DNA of 64,000 nucleotides from an uncultured virus (IMG/VR IMGVR_UViG_3300027986_000009) (IMGVR_UViG_3300027986_000009), one strand, 5' to 3'; counted from the first letter of the stretch, positions 32,189 to 40,798 are shown. Translations and numbers: made by a program. Notes: generated by a model not told the origin, from the sequence alone.

Positions 32189-33264
32189 TTGACCTTGTAC
32201 TTCTTGTTCTCGCGGATGGAGTAGTATTCATCCACCCCGATCACTACGTGGTCCAGGTAAGTCAAGGACGCGTACGATTTCGCCGCCTCCTCGATAGAGG
32301 CGTGCAGGTCCCTGTCTGCCTTGGAAGGACTGCATTTCGAGCTGGGATGATTATGGGCACACATGAAATGTGCACCTCCCGGCGTCATCAGCGCCGCCCG
32401 CATCACTTCCTCGATCCCGACGCCGACGCTCGATCGTTCGCCGCGACCGACCTCCGTCACTGACCGGAGCTTGAAATGCAAATCGGTAACGACCACGAGG
32501 AAGACCTCCTGATCGTACTTGCGCACCTCTGGCGAAAGCAGTCGGTAGATTTTCTCTGTCGTATCGACGGGGCCGATCTTGTCGCCGAAGGCTACCCACT
32601 GCGCGTAGGCGTCAGGGGGGATTTCGACGTGCATGGGGCGGGGGGCTTCGGCTAGAGATTCGTTGGCTTCGTGAGGAAGGTGGTGTGTTGATTGGCGTGC
32701 GCGGTAGTGCTCCTGAGCAACCTCTTTCGCCTTCTCGAGAGAGTTCTCTCGTCCAAGTATCGTCACCTTGATCGGTGCCCTCTCCGTAGAATGAAATTCG
32801 ACCCTGAATTTCTTCCCGGACAATCGCTGTATGTAGTATGCCTCGTGCGGATGATCTGTAGGCGCGTGATAGATCGCTGATTTGCTTGATTTATAGAGCT
32901 CACTCCATTGCAATTTGCCGTCAGCCTCACAAGCCGTCGTCGGCACACTCGGCGGATGCCGATGCGCACATTTGTCGTCCCCGCAGCACTCCTTCGCCTC
33001 CTCCGCCGCCACCGCCGGCACCACCCCCTCGTCCAGATACCTCTGCGCCGCCCCGAAAGCACCCCCCAGGAAATCCTGGTGCCCCAGATCGACGTACTCC
33101 CCGCGTCCCCTCCACCAGAGGTGGTGGCCTCGCTTCATCGGCACGACGTCGAAATGACCCCGCGGCGTGTCCGCATGCCAGTGGCCATCGCGGCGCTGGG
33201 ACCACTTGAGGCTCCCTCCGGGGCCGGTCGATTCGAAGGCGGCGGCGTGGGCTTGAAGCGTCAT
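32185..33264 (-). CDS. JAB/MPN (RadC-like) protein with duplicated N-terminal domain
   Basis: QEVF...AHNHPSSKCSPSKAD...LDHVVIG. Confidence 0.9.
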   Translation of the reverse strand: MTLQAHAAAFESTGPGGSLKWSQRRDGHWHADTPRGHFDVVPMKRGHHLWWRGRGEYVDLGHQDFLGGAFGAAQRYLDEGVVPAVAAEEAKECCGDDKCAHRHPPSVPTTACEADGKLQWSELYKSSKSAIYHAPTDHPHEAYYIQRLSGKKFRVEFHSTERAPIKVTILGRENSLEKAKEVAQEHYRARQSTHHLPHEANESLAEAPRPMHVEIPPDAYAQWVAFGDKIGPVDTTEKIYRLLSPEVRKYDQEVFLVVVTDLHFKLRSVTEVGRGERSSVGVGIEEVMRAALMTPGGAHFMCAHNHPSSKCSPSKADRDLHASIEEAAKSYASLTYLDHVVIGVDEYYSIRENKKYKVK

Positions 33265-33286
33265 GGGGATCTCCTTGCGCTTGAGT

Positions 33287-33568
33287 CTACCTCAGCGCCT
33301 GCCTGCCATCACCACCCTGCCTCATACACTCCTCCTCGTACTCCTTCTGCGCCTTCGGTTCCCTCTCCGAGTAGGAGCTCCACGGGATCTCGACGTAGAC
33401 CGGGATCGACGTCTTCTCGTTGATGGCAGAGGCCATTTGCGCCCACGCCTTGCCGCGATCGAAGTCGGCCACGCGATAGAGAAGCGCAGCAAGAGGACGC
33501 CTCTCGGTGCTCCCGTCGGCGTTGACGAAGATGACAACTTTCATCGGGTGAATTTCCAGGGAGGCCAC
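33287..33568 (-). CDS. Hypothetical protein
   Basis: ORF in operon. Confidence 0.55.
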   Translation of the reverse strand: MASLEIHPMKVVIFVNADGSTERRPLAALLYRVADFDRGKAWAQMASAINEKTSIPVYVEIPWSSYSEREPKAQKEYEEECMRQGGDGRQALR

Positions 33569-33966
33569 TCGCCATCGCGCTTTCCCTCGATGATGTAGTC
33601 CAAGATCGCCCGAACCTCAGGCTTACTGCGATCGGCGGCCGAGAGCTGATTCGCACCCACCAGCTTGCGCTCGATGACGATGCGGTTCGCTTTCACGGCT
33701 GCCTTCACACCGAGTTCCATCCCCCGGCTGATCCCGAAATCGTTGTAGACCACGGTGGCGTCGGCTTTTAGACCCCACTCGAGGCCGGCGGTGATGCCGC
33801 ACATGCGCTCTTCGGGGATCGTGTCGTCGAGCACCTGGGTGTAGAGGAGGTGGGACGCGAACGGAGCTTCTCCGCGACGGAGGCAGTCGAGCATGCAGAG
33901 GCGGGCGAAGATGACGTTGCGGGCGACGTCGCCAGCGAAGGGGGTCTCGAGGATGACGCACTTCAC
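33541..33966 (-). CDS. Nucleoside deoxyribosyltransferase-like (DUF4406-like) protein
   Basis: VILETPFAGD..N...GEAPFASHLLY.Q.LDD..ER..G...GIS.GM. Confidence 0.65.
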   Translation of the reverse strand: MKCVILETPFAGDVARNVIFARLCMLDCLRRGEAPFASHLLYTQVLDDTIPEERMCGITAGLEWGLKADATVVYNDFGISRGMELGVKAAVKANRIVIERKLVGANQLSAADRSKPEVRAILDYIIEGKRDGEWPPWKFTR

Positions 33967-34382
33967 TGTTGCTCTCCGCTTCGAGCCCGAGCCGCTCTCC
34001 ACCCCTTTGTCTGACGTCGTTCTTCCTCGGTGAGCGATCGGCCGGGACCCGTAGCCGGTTCGAGCTCATCGTCGACCTCCCCAAGAGCCTGAATGTGCTC
34101 CTCGAGCAAGACAGAAATGCGCCTCGCCACCCGCGATCGTACGACCTCGTTCTCGAGAAGCTGAGCGGTGATCCGAGACGCCTCGGTGAGAAAGACGCGA
34201 TCCACCGCCTCGCGGATAGGACTCTTGGAGGTTAGACCACGAATCTTTCCGAGCAGAAAACGGATCATCGAAAACTCCTCTTTCCTTTTTCGGTGTACCC
34301 CGACAATTCTGGGCACATCCAGAACACGCCGGGTGTCCCCGACCCACTGCGCTACCAACTGACGTATTTCCTCGTCGGTCAT
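33963..34382 (-). CDS. Hypothetical protein
   Basis: ORF in operon. Confidence 0.6.
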   Translation of the reverse strand: MTDEEIRQLVAQWVGDTRRVLDVPRIVGVHRKRKEEFSMIRFLLGKIRGLTSKSPIREAVDRVFLTEASRITAQLLENEVVRSRVARRISVLLEEHIQALGEVDDELEPATGPGRSLTEEERRQTKGWRAARARSGEQQ

Positions 34383-34385
34383 GGC

Positions 34386-34769
34386 TTAGCGCCGCCCCGG
34401 CTTGAGCACATCCGGAACCCCATTCCCTCCGCGCATCGCTGCCGCCGCCATCTGCTGCATGGCCTGCGCTTGCTGGGCCTGAACGATCTGCTCGGCGGTG
34501 ATGCCGCTCCGGACGATGAGCAGCTTCCAGCGGTTCTCATCGACAGGGTAGATGTTGCCGCCCTTCCAGAACTCCGTGGGCTTGCCGAAGCGCATCGCGG
34601 CGCTCTGGAGTACGTTCGCCTTCTTAGTGACTGCGCCGTTGACGGCGAGCATCTCCGCGTCGGAGTCGACGAGCACGACCACGACGGCGGATTCCTTGTC
34701 GGCTTCGAGCGCTTGAATGAACTCGTCGGCGTTGGCGCAGAGGGTGTTTTTGGGGCGGATGGTGATCAT
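34386..34769 (-). CDS. Hypothetical protein
   Basis: Start at MITIRP just after upstream stop. Confidence 0.65.
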   Translation of the reverse strand: MITIRPKNTLCANADEFIQALEADKESAVVVVLVDSDAEMLAVNGAVTKKANVLQSAAMRFGKPTEFWKGGNIYPVDENRWKLLIVRSGITAEQIVQAQQAQAMQQMAAAAMRGGNGVPDVLKPGRR

Positions 34770-34771
34770 GA

Positions 34772-35218
34772 CTACTCTGCCGCTTGCTCCGAAGCGACAG
34801 GCGCACTTTCGGTCGCGGGAGCCGCCGTCTTCTTCTTGGCAGCCCTCGGTTTCTTCGCCGCCTTCGGCTTCGATTTCGCCTTCACGACCTTCGCCGGCTT
34901 CCGCTTCTTCGCTACCGGCTTCTTCTTCGCCTTCGCCGGAGCCGCCTTCTTCGTCACCTTCTTGCCCGAGCAAACCTTCTTGTACGCGTCCACCAGCTCC
35001 TCGGACGGCGCAATGGCCCCCCGCTCGATGTTCGAGATGTGGGGTTGCGTGTAGCCGATCTTGTCGGCGAGCTGACGCTGGTTCATCCCGCTGCGCTCGC
35101 GCATCCGTTTGCAGGCGGCGCCAGGTAGTCGCTTGGACGGCTTGAGCAGGCGCGGAGGGCCGGCGCGCTTTCGGCCGGGCTTGCCCTTCGGGGTCTTCTT
35201 CGTTTTTTTAGCAGCCAT
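34772..35218 (-). CDS. XRE-family HTH regulator with histone H1-like K/A/P tail
   Basis: RERSGMNQRQLADKIGYTQPHISNIERG; AKAKKKPVAKK tail. Confidence 0.9.
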   Translation of the reverse strand: MAAKKTKKTPKGKPGRKRAGPPRLLKPSKRLPGAACKRMRERSGMNQRQLADKIGYTQPHISNIERGAIAPSEELVDAYKKVCSGKKVTKKAAPAKAKKKPVAKKRKPAKVVKAKSKPKAAKKPRAAKKKTAAPATESAPVASEQAAE

Positions 35219-35242
35219 TTCGTGTCTCCTTTTGAGATTCGT

Positions 35243-35270
35243 AGCCTAACTTGATTGCCTCAAGCGTCAA
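35243..35270 (-). promoter_or_regulatory. Sigma70 promoter with palindromic operator in spacer
   Basis: TTGACG-N16-TAGGCT; spacer contains CTTGA-GGCAA-TCAAG. Confidence 0.65.
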
Positions 35271-35797
35271 GCAGGATGTGCTTCGGCGCCGACCAATTCG
35301 TCCCCCCACTGCGTCCACCCGGTCCTCGCTCGCCTGGCAAATAGCTCCGCGTACGGCCCCGGCGTCAACCTCTCCACCAGCTCGTAGAAAGCTTCCGGCT
35401 TCTCGGAGTGTTCTCCCGTCGGCGCCTCGAACACCGACCGAATCGACAGACACGCCGGCTTGAACCGACCCCGGCGCGCCACGATGCAGGTTTCGTGTGC
35501 CGCGCGCACGTAGCGACCCATCCCGAAGTGCTCCTTGCCGCTCGCCGTCATCTTGCGCCAGACGATCTCCGACTTCGGTTCGAACCCCCACGCCCGGACG
35601 ACGGAGTACGCCTCTTCGACCTGCGAGCTGACGCGCCATAGCAAGAGGAGCGCGTCCGGCAGCATCGGCGGAAGCGGAAACTTGCGGATCTGGTCCAGCG
35701 AGAACACGCCGTAGTTTTTCTCGGCACCGCGCGAAGCGCCTGGCAATTTATCTCCGAACGACCACGGAGGATCAGCCACCAACACTCGGAACATCAT
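35267..35797 (-). CDS. MT-A70 family N6-adenine methyltransferase
   Basis: VLVADPPW, HSEKPE, ELFARR..GW..WGDE. Confidence 0.95.
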   Translation of the reverse strand: MMFRVLVADPPWSFGDKLPGASRGAEKNYGVFSLDQIRKFPLPPMLPDALLLLWRVSSQVEEAYSVVRAWGFEPKSEIVWRKMTASGKEHFGMGRYVRAAHETCIVARRGRFKPACLSIRSVFEAPTGEHSEKPEAFYELVERLTPGPYAELFARRARTGWTQWGDELVGAEAHPA

Positions 35798-36060
35798 TCG
35801 GGCTCCCACAAATCCGTCACCTTCCACCAAAGCCTCTGCCACCACGGCGCCCGCAGCACCCGCAAGAGATCGCGCATCTCCGTTATGGTGATGAAGTTAG
35901 CCTGCCTGGCTTCGACGATGAGCGACTGCTTGCCTCCAAGCTCGCCGTAGAATTGACTCTTGATCCAGTTCTGGCCGGGGCACATTTCGAGCAGATGCGC
36001 GAAGGCGGCGATGCGGGGACCCTCGAGACGGAGCAGTCTATTTTGCTCGATCTCGTTCAT
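35794..36060 (-). CDS. Hypothetical protein
   Basis: Coupled ORF. Confidence 0.6.
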   Translation of the reverse strand: MNEIEQNRLLRLEGPRIAAFAHLLEMCPGQNWIKSQFYGELGGKQSLIVEARQANFITITEMRDLLRVLRAPWWQRLWWKVTDLWEPE

Positions 36061-36470
36061 TGCCGCTTCGTCAGATGCCTGACGTACCGGGTCATCGCCG
36101 AGCTCATGACCTCGAAGGCCGTCGTGAAGCGTTCCACGGCGGCGGCCAAGCGCTCCCGCGAGAGCACCTCACGCTCCCTCAACGGATCGGGAGCGCTCGC
36201 AATTCTCTTCTGCGCGTCGGCTTCCGCCTCCGCCAACTTGGCGATCTCGGGCGCCGCGTGCTCGGCGCATAGCGCTCGGCCGGGTCGCACCGACACCCAG
36301 ACGTGCTTGCCGGCTTCGACCTGCTTGACGTCGGGGCACTCGATGCAGTGAATCTTGAGCGGCGCTCCGACGATCCACCAGCCCGCGAAAGAAGACCACG
36401 GATCGAGCAGGTCTTCCATCAGGACGCGGGACTCTTCTTTTTTGGTTGCTCCTGCCATTTTCTCCTCCAT
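36057..36470 (-). CDS. Hypothetical Zn-binding protein
   Basis: CIEC...C..H; RBS GGAGG. Confidence 0.65.
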   Translation of the reverse strand: MEEKMAGATKKEESRVLMEDLLDPWSSFAGWWIVGAPLKIHCIECPDVKQVEAGKHVWVSVRPGRALCAEHAAPEIAKLAEAEADAQKRIASAPDPLREREVLSRERLAAAVERFTTAFEVMSSAMTRYVRHLTKRQ

Positions 36471-36535
36471 TAGAGGATACGATCAACGAATGCGCTCACG
36501 CTCATGGCGGCCGACCATTCGTCAATCGTATCCAG

Positions 36536-36610
36536 TAGCGGGCCCGGGTAACGACCCCGGCTGCCTTCTCCACGTCGCGCGTCGAGAAGGTGTTCCCATG
36601 ACGGCCCGCA
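36536..36610 (-). ncRNA. tRNA-like (tmRNA TLD-like) structured RNA
   Basis: Acceptor GCGGGC/GCCCGC; T-arm CCGGG-GTCGTTA-CCCGG; central helix CCTTCTC/GAGAAGG; unpaired GG-containing D-loop. Confidence 0.6.
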
Positions 36611-36637
36611 TGCGCGGCGCCTACGCGCCGCATCGAT

Positions 36638-37153
36638 TCAGAATGGAGGCTTCTGCCCCCCGCTCCCGTTCTCCCCACCACTCAGAGCCGATCGACCCAA
36701 AGTAGCAGCGACGACGGCCGCGAACTCCTTACCTCCGCCGGGCATCGGGTTCGAAGAATGAAACACGCCGCCGCCAGAGAGGATCTGAACGCGCAGCCTC
36801 CACTTGCTGTCGAAAGCCTCGTACGTGAGAGACGTATCGACCTCGTTGCTGTCGATCCCAGCAAGCGTTACGAGATCCCTGCATCCGAGAGCACGCAACC
36901 GTTCCTCGGAGTACGGGGCGGCGTCCTTGCTGAAATAAAGCGGAGACACGTACGTTCGCCCGAGATCCGGCAGGTACAGGTGCACGAGCAGTTCGGGGCT
37001 GCCATTTTTGCTTCGCCCGAACTCGTGAGGGGCTCCTGTCGCGTCAGGTGTCACGGCCTTGGCTTTGTAGGTGCCTTCTTTGGGCTCGGTGGGTTTCGGG
37101 CCGAGCTCGGGAGGGCGCGGCGCTTGGGGGATCGGCGGTGTATTGCTCATCAC
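36638..37153 (-). CDS. Single-stranded DNA-binding protein (phage type)
   Basis: Next to Sak4-like gene; EGTYKAK, SKNG; Gly linker and C-terminal PPF. Confidence 0.65.
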   Translation of the reverse strand: MMSNTPPIPQAPRPPELGPKPTEPKEGTYKAKAVTPDATGAPHEFGRSKNGSPELLVHLYLPDLGRTYVSPLYFSKDAAPYSEERLRALGCRDLVTLAGIDSNEVDTSLTYEAFDSKWRLRVQILSGGGVFHSSNPMPGGGKEFAAVVAATLGRSALSGGENGSGGQKPPF

Positions 37154-37162
37154 ATTTCTCCT

Positions 37163-38083
37163 TTATGCAACCTTCTCAACATTCTCTTCTTTGGGTGAGC
37201 GGACCTCGTTCAGTCGGATCTGCACCCGGTTGAACGCGTCCACCAGCCCCCGCGGGTACTCCTTGAGCCAGTCGCGGACCTGCTTCTCGTAGGCTTTGTC
37301 CGCGATCTCGGCGAGCATCGAGTCCAAGTCCTTTTTCATCTGACCGCCCCGAGCATCGTCTTCCTTGACGGCCTTCACGAACTCGTCCCAGCTCAAAGGG
37401 ATCCGTTCCGGAAATAGCGTCGTACCGCGAGCCTTGGCGTCATAGGCCGGCGTCCGGCGCGTATAAATCCATCTCTCGCCCGTCGTGGTCGCCTTGACCG
37501 GCTTATTCTTCTCGCCCGCCAGCGTCACGTTCTCTCGCGCGAAGAGCACGTAGTCAGACCACCCGCGGAGCAGATGCGCCAACGGTTTGCGCGTGGCGAG
37601 CTCGAAGCGTTCGTAGCCTGGGCCCGTGGGATCCTCGAACTTCTTCACGTTGGCGTGCGAGATGAGGATGACGCCCTTACCCTTGAGCCAAACGCGCTCA
37701 AGCTGCGACAGCAGCCGCCGCCATTCGAGCACAGCGACGTCGTCACCCTTGTTGTAGCCCCCCTCGTACTTTGAGATCGTGCTCCCCGGAAAGAGTCGCG
37801 CGTAGCTCATCGACTCGAAGTCCGAGACCGCATCGAGCGCTACGTTGTCGCACTTGATCTCTCCGTTCTCGATCGCCACCAGCCACTCGTACGTCTCGTC
37901 CCAGCTCTCGATGAGAACGCGATCGACGTTGTACTTGAAGCTGCCCTTGTTCGCATCGAGAAAGAAGACGTTGGGGGCGCCTGCGGCGAACCCAGTCTTG
38001 CCGACCCCGTCAAATCCGTAGACGACGACGCGAGGAGGTCGGTCGACCTTGCCCTTGAGGATTCGGTTCATGTCAACGGCCAT
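37163..38083 (-). CDS. Sak4-like AAA ATPase (ssDNA annealing protein)
   Basis: VVYGFDGVGKT, VALDAVS, GGYNKG, LISHA, PAYDAKAR. Confidence 0.9.
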   Translation of the reverse strand: MAVDMNRILKGKVDRPPRVVVYGFDGVGKTGFAAGAPNVFFLDANKGSFKYNVDRVLIESWDETYEWLVAIENGEIKCDNVALDAVSDFESMSYARLFPGSTISKYEGGYNKGDDVAVLEWRRLLSQLERVWLKGKGVILISHANVKKFEDPTGPGYERFELATRKPLAHLLRGWSDYVLFARENVTLAGEKNKPVKATTTGERWIYTRRTPAYDAKARGTTLFPERIPLSWDEFVKAVKEDDARGGQMKKDLDSMLAEIADKAYEKQVRDWLKEYPRGLVDAFNRVQIRLNEVRSPKEENVEKVA

Positions 38084-38261
38084 CGGTTTCTGCTCCAATC
38101 TTGTGCCACCCATTGCAGGGGACCATGAGTTCGCTGACGGCCGCATCTTCGCGTTGGGTAGATTCGTTTAGTAGTACGACGTCGCTTCTTCCGTTCTGCT
38201 CGAACCGAATCACCTTGTACCGTCTTCCACGAGGACTTACGTACACATCTCCTACATTCAT
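38073..38261 (-). CDS. Small hypothetical protein
   Basis: Coupled ORF. Confidence 0.55.
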   Translation of the reverse strand: MNVGDVYVSPRGRRYKVIRFEQNGRSDVVLLNESTQREDAAVSELMVPCNGWHKIGAETDGR

Positions 38262-39235
38262 CCCAGAAATTCCCTTTCATCCCCTTCGAATATCGCATCC
38301 ATCTTCCCCGCCAACCGAAACGTTTTCGACGCCTTGCCCGTCGCCGGGTTCACAAGGTCAATTTCGAACTCCTTCTCGACGGCCTGGATGCCGCGCGTCG
38401 GATCCCCCCAGCGCGCGACCCAGCCGACGAGCATGGCGCGCTCGCGGTTCCAGTCGTACGGATCCTCTTTGTCCAACCGTTCGCACGCCTCATCCAAGCT
38501 CATGCCGAGCCGCAGCGCCTCGATGCCGCGATGCACGCTCGACCCCGACCGCAACGCATCCGGCTTCACGACGGGCCTAACACGCATCACGTAGCTGTAC
38601 TGGTAGCGCCGGGGACACGCCCGGAAGCACCGCATGCTCGACTGCGTCACCAAAACGCGCTCGTCCTCGAAGACGTCCTCGAGTTCTTCGTGGTCGCGGT
38701 CGGCCTTCCGAAACAGCAACGGATCATCGATCGGAACGTCCCCGGCGCACGCCGAGAGGTAGTCGCACGATCGGTTCCACTGAAAGCAGGCGTCCGGATG
38801 TCGAGGGAACATGTTGAGGCGCCGAGCCTCGCGCATCGTTTGCGTCGTCTGCCAGACGTCCACGGCGCACTCGTGCTGCTCGTCGAAGAGGCGCACCGGG
38901 ATCGCGCGCTGGTAGTAGGCGTCGGGCTCGGCCACGATCGCGGCGATGCAGCGCAGACCGTACTCCTCGGGAGTTTCGTCGCGGTCGCGCTGGTTGGCGT
39001 AGAGCTCGCCGGTTTTCTTTGTGTACTTGCGATTTTCGATGGGCGTCGCTTTGAGGGGGCGCAACAGAGGACGGCCTAAAATGTCGTAGCCTATTCCACC
39101 GATGTCCATGCCCATTTGAACCGCAGCTCGCCAGTAGACTCCAATCTGGACGTCCATCCTGAGCCGTTTGAAATACGTCCCACCAGGAGTCAAATCCTCG
39201 GAGGACGTTTTGGTTTCCAAAACGAGGAGAGTCAT
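38258..39235 (-). CDS. Cas4/AddB-like PD-(D/E)XK Fe-S exonuclease, circularly permuted
   Basis: Order is ETKT, Q.GVY, C..C..C, then SS.RCF..CPRRY, G.SVH..IE, EKEF, LAGKMDAI at C-terminus. Confidence 0.85.
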   Translation of the reverse strand: MTLLVLETKTSSEDLTPGGTYFKRLRMDVQIGVYWRAAVQMGMDIGGIGYDILGRPLLRPLKATPIENRKYTKKTGELYANQRDRDETPEEYGLRCIAAIVAEPDAYYQRAIPVRLFDEQHECAVDVWQTTQTMREARRLNMFPRHPDACFQWNRSCDYLSACAGDVPIDDPLLFRKADRDHEELEDVFEDERVLVTQSSMRCFRACPRRYQYSYVMRVRPVVKPDALRSGSSVHRGIEALRLGMSLDEACERLDKEDPYDWNRERAMLVGWVARWGDPTRGIQAVEKEFEIDLVNPATGKASKTFRLAGKMDAIFEGDEREFLG

Positions 39236-39516
39236 ATTTGATTGCACACGATGAACTGTTTTTCGAAGTTCTCTGAGCTGACAGGGTAAATCTTCCCTTC
39301 AGCATCCTTCACGATCCAGTCGCCTTCGCCAGCAAGAACGTAAACGCCAGGCTTAGATGTTGGTATTTTGATCCCTAGCTTGTTTCCGTACGCGCTAATA
39401 TTTCCAGACGCATCAAGATGCGCAATTTCTCCATTGGACAACCAAACAGACTCGCTCCAATTAGAACGAGTAAACTGAACGGCATCGACGTATACGGTTC
39501 GGCTTCGGAACCTCAT
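39232..39516 (-). CDS. Small phage protein (VDAVQF...GDWIVK...YP...F family)
   Basis: Recognisable motif pattern; ATGA coupling. Confidence 0.7.
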   Translation of the reverse strand: MRFRSRTVYVDAVQFTRSNWSESVWLSNGEIAHLDASGNISAYGNKLGIKIPTSKPGVYVLAGEGDWIVKDAEGKIYPVSSENFEKQFIVCNQI

Positions 39517-40364
39517 TCCGCCGCCTCCTTCCCCTTCTCCTTGCGCCACTCCCCCGCCCTGATCCTCTTCGGAATCTCCGAAGGTGCCCCGTCCCAGTTG
39601 CCGCCACCCCAATTTTCTTCGACCCAGGCCGCAATCGCTTCCGCGACGTCCACCGTTTCCCCCATGATCGCCCGAGCCTTGCGCGCGTTCTTGCTCCGCT
39701 TCTTGCCCGGCACCCTCGGCGCCTGCTCGAGAAGCTTCCCCAGCGTCTTCTTGGCGACCTCGGGTTCCTCTCTAGCCAGCTTGTAGCCGTCGCTCGCCGT
39801 GATCTTGCCCGAATCGACCGCATGCCGCACCGCCGCGGGCGCATCGAGCAGCCGGAGCATGTTCTTGACGCTCGCGACGCTGATCCCGAAGAGCTGCGCC
39901 ACCTCGTCTTCCCCGCGCCCCAGATCGATGAAGCGCTGCATCTTCTTGGCGCGACCCATCGGCGAATCGTCGGTCGCGTGCTCGTTGGCGCTGATGAGCG
40001 TCGCCATCAGGCGCACATCGCTGGCGCGCTTGAGCAAAACCGGCAGACGAAGGAGTTCGGCGCCTTGCTTCTTCAGGCGCTTGTTTGCCTCGCGGGCGGC
40101 TTTCGTGCGCTGGCGACCATCGACGATCTCGATCTTGCCCGACTCGGGATGCCGCCGACCGATGCACGCCTTGAGCACGCCAAGCGGCGTGCCGTCCGGG
40201 GCGTACATCATGTTGGCGACGAGCGATTCGCGGAAGTCGTTGTCGACGCGCTCGTCGTACAGGACCGATTTGTCGTCTTCGACGAGGATCACGTCCTCTG
40301 GATCGAAGTAGTAGAGGTCTGTCTTGCCTTTGTTACCGAGGGAGTCGCGGGAGGCTTTAGGCAT
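39513..40364 (-). CDS. ParB/Srx-like protein with HTH
   Basis: IVDGRQRTKAA, ISANEH, EVAQLFGISVASVKN. Confidence 0.85.
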   Translation of the reverse strand: MPKASRDSLGNKGKTDLYYFDPEDVILVEDDKSVLYDERVDNDFRESLVANMMYAPDGTPLGVLKACIGRRHPESGKIEIVDGRQRTKAAREANKRLKKQGAELLRLPVLLKRASDVRLMATLISANEHATDDSPMGRAKKMQRFIDLGRGEDEVAQLFGISVASVKNMLRLLDAPAAVRHAVDSGKITASDGYKLAREEPEVAKKTLGKLLEQAPRVPGKKRSKNARKARAIMGETVDVAEAIAAWVEENWGGGNWDGAPSEIPKRIRAGEWRKEKGKEAAE

Positions 40365-40686
40365 GAGAACCTTTCTTGCTTGATTTTTTCGCACGCTTCT
40401 TAGGCGCCTGCGTTCGCGCTACGTGCTGGTGGACGAGCCAGTCGATCACCATCCCAAGAGACACAGTCGCCGAAAGTCCAAATCGGTCGGCGATTTTGTT
40501 GGAGGTATCGACACTGATCTGACGAAGCACGTTCTTGGTTTCTCTCTTGAGAGAGGTCGACAGAAGAACCCGACCGTAGGAGCCCCTCGGCGGATGGTAC
40601 GAGCATGCGACGGCGAAGAAGCGCTCGTCTTCGGGGAGCTCGGCGAGCTTGGCCTCCAAGATGGAGCCGAGATCCATCGACTTCAT
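40357..40686 (-). CDS. Hypothetical, possible RHH DNA-binding protein
   Basis: STSLKRETKNVL...SLGMVIDWLV. Confidence 0.5.
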   Translation of the reverse strand: MKSMDLGSILEAKLAELPEDERFFAVACSYHPPRGSYGRVLLSTSLKRETKNVLRQISVDTSNKIADRFGLSATVSLGMVIDWLVHQHVARTQAPKKRAKKSSKKGSHA

Positions 40687-40798
40687 TTTTTGTCTGCCTT
40701 GCGTCGCTTTTCAGCGAGCCATTTCTGAAATTCAGCCTCAGTGAGCTTCGTGGGTTGCGACCTCATCCACTCCTCGAACTCTTCTTTGGTAGGCACCA

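Noticed and set aside
38258..39235. Cas4 as part of a CRISPR-Cas system
   Set aside because: No cas1/cas2 or array; the context is a phage recombination module.
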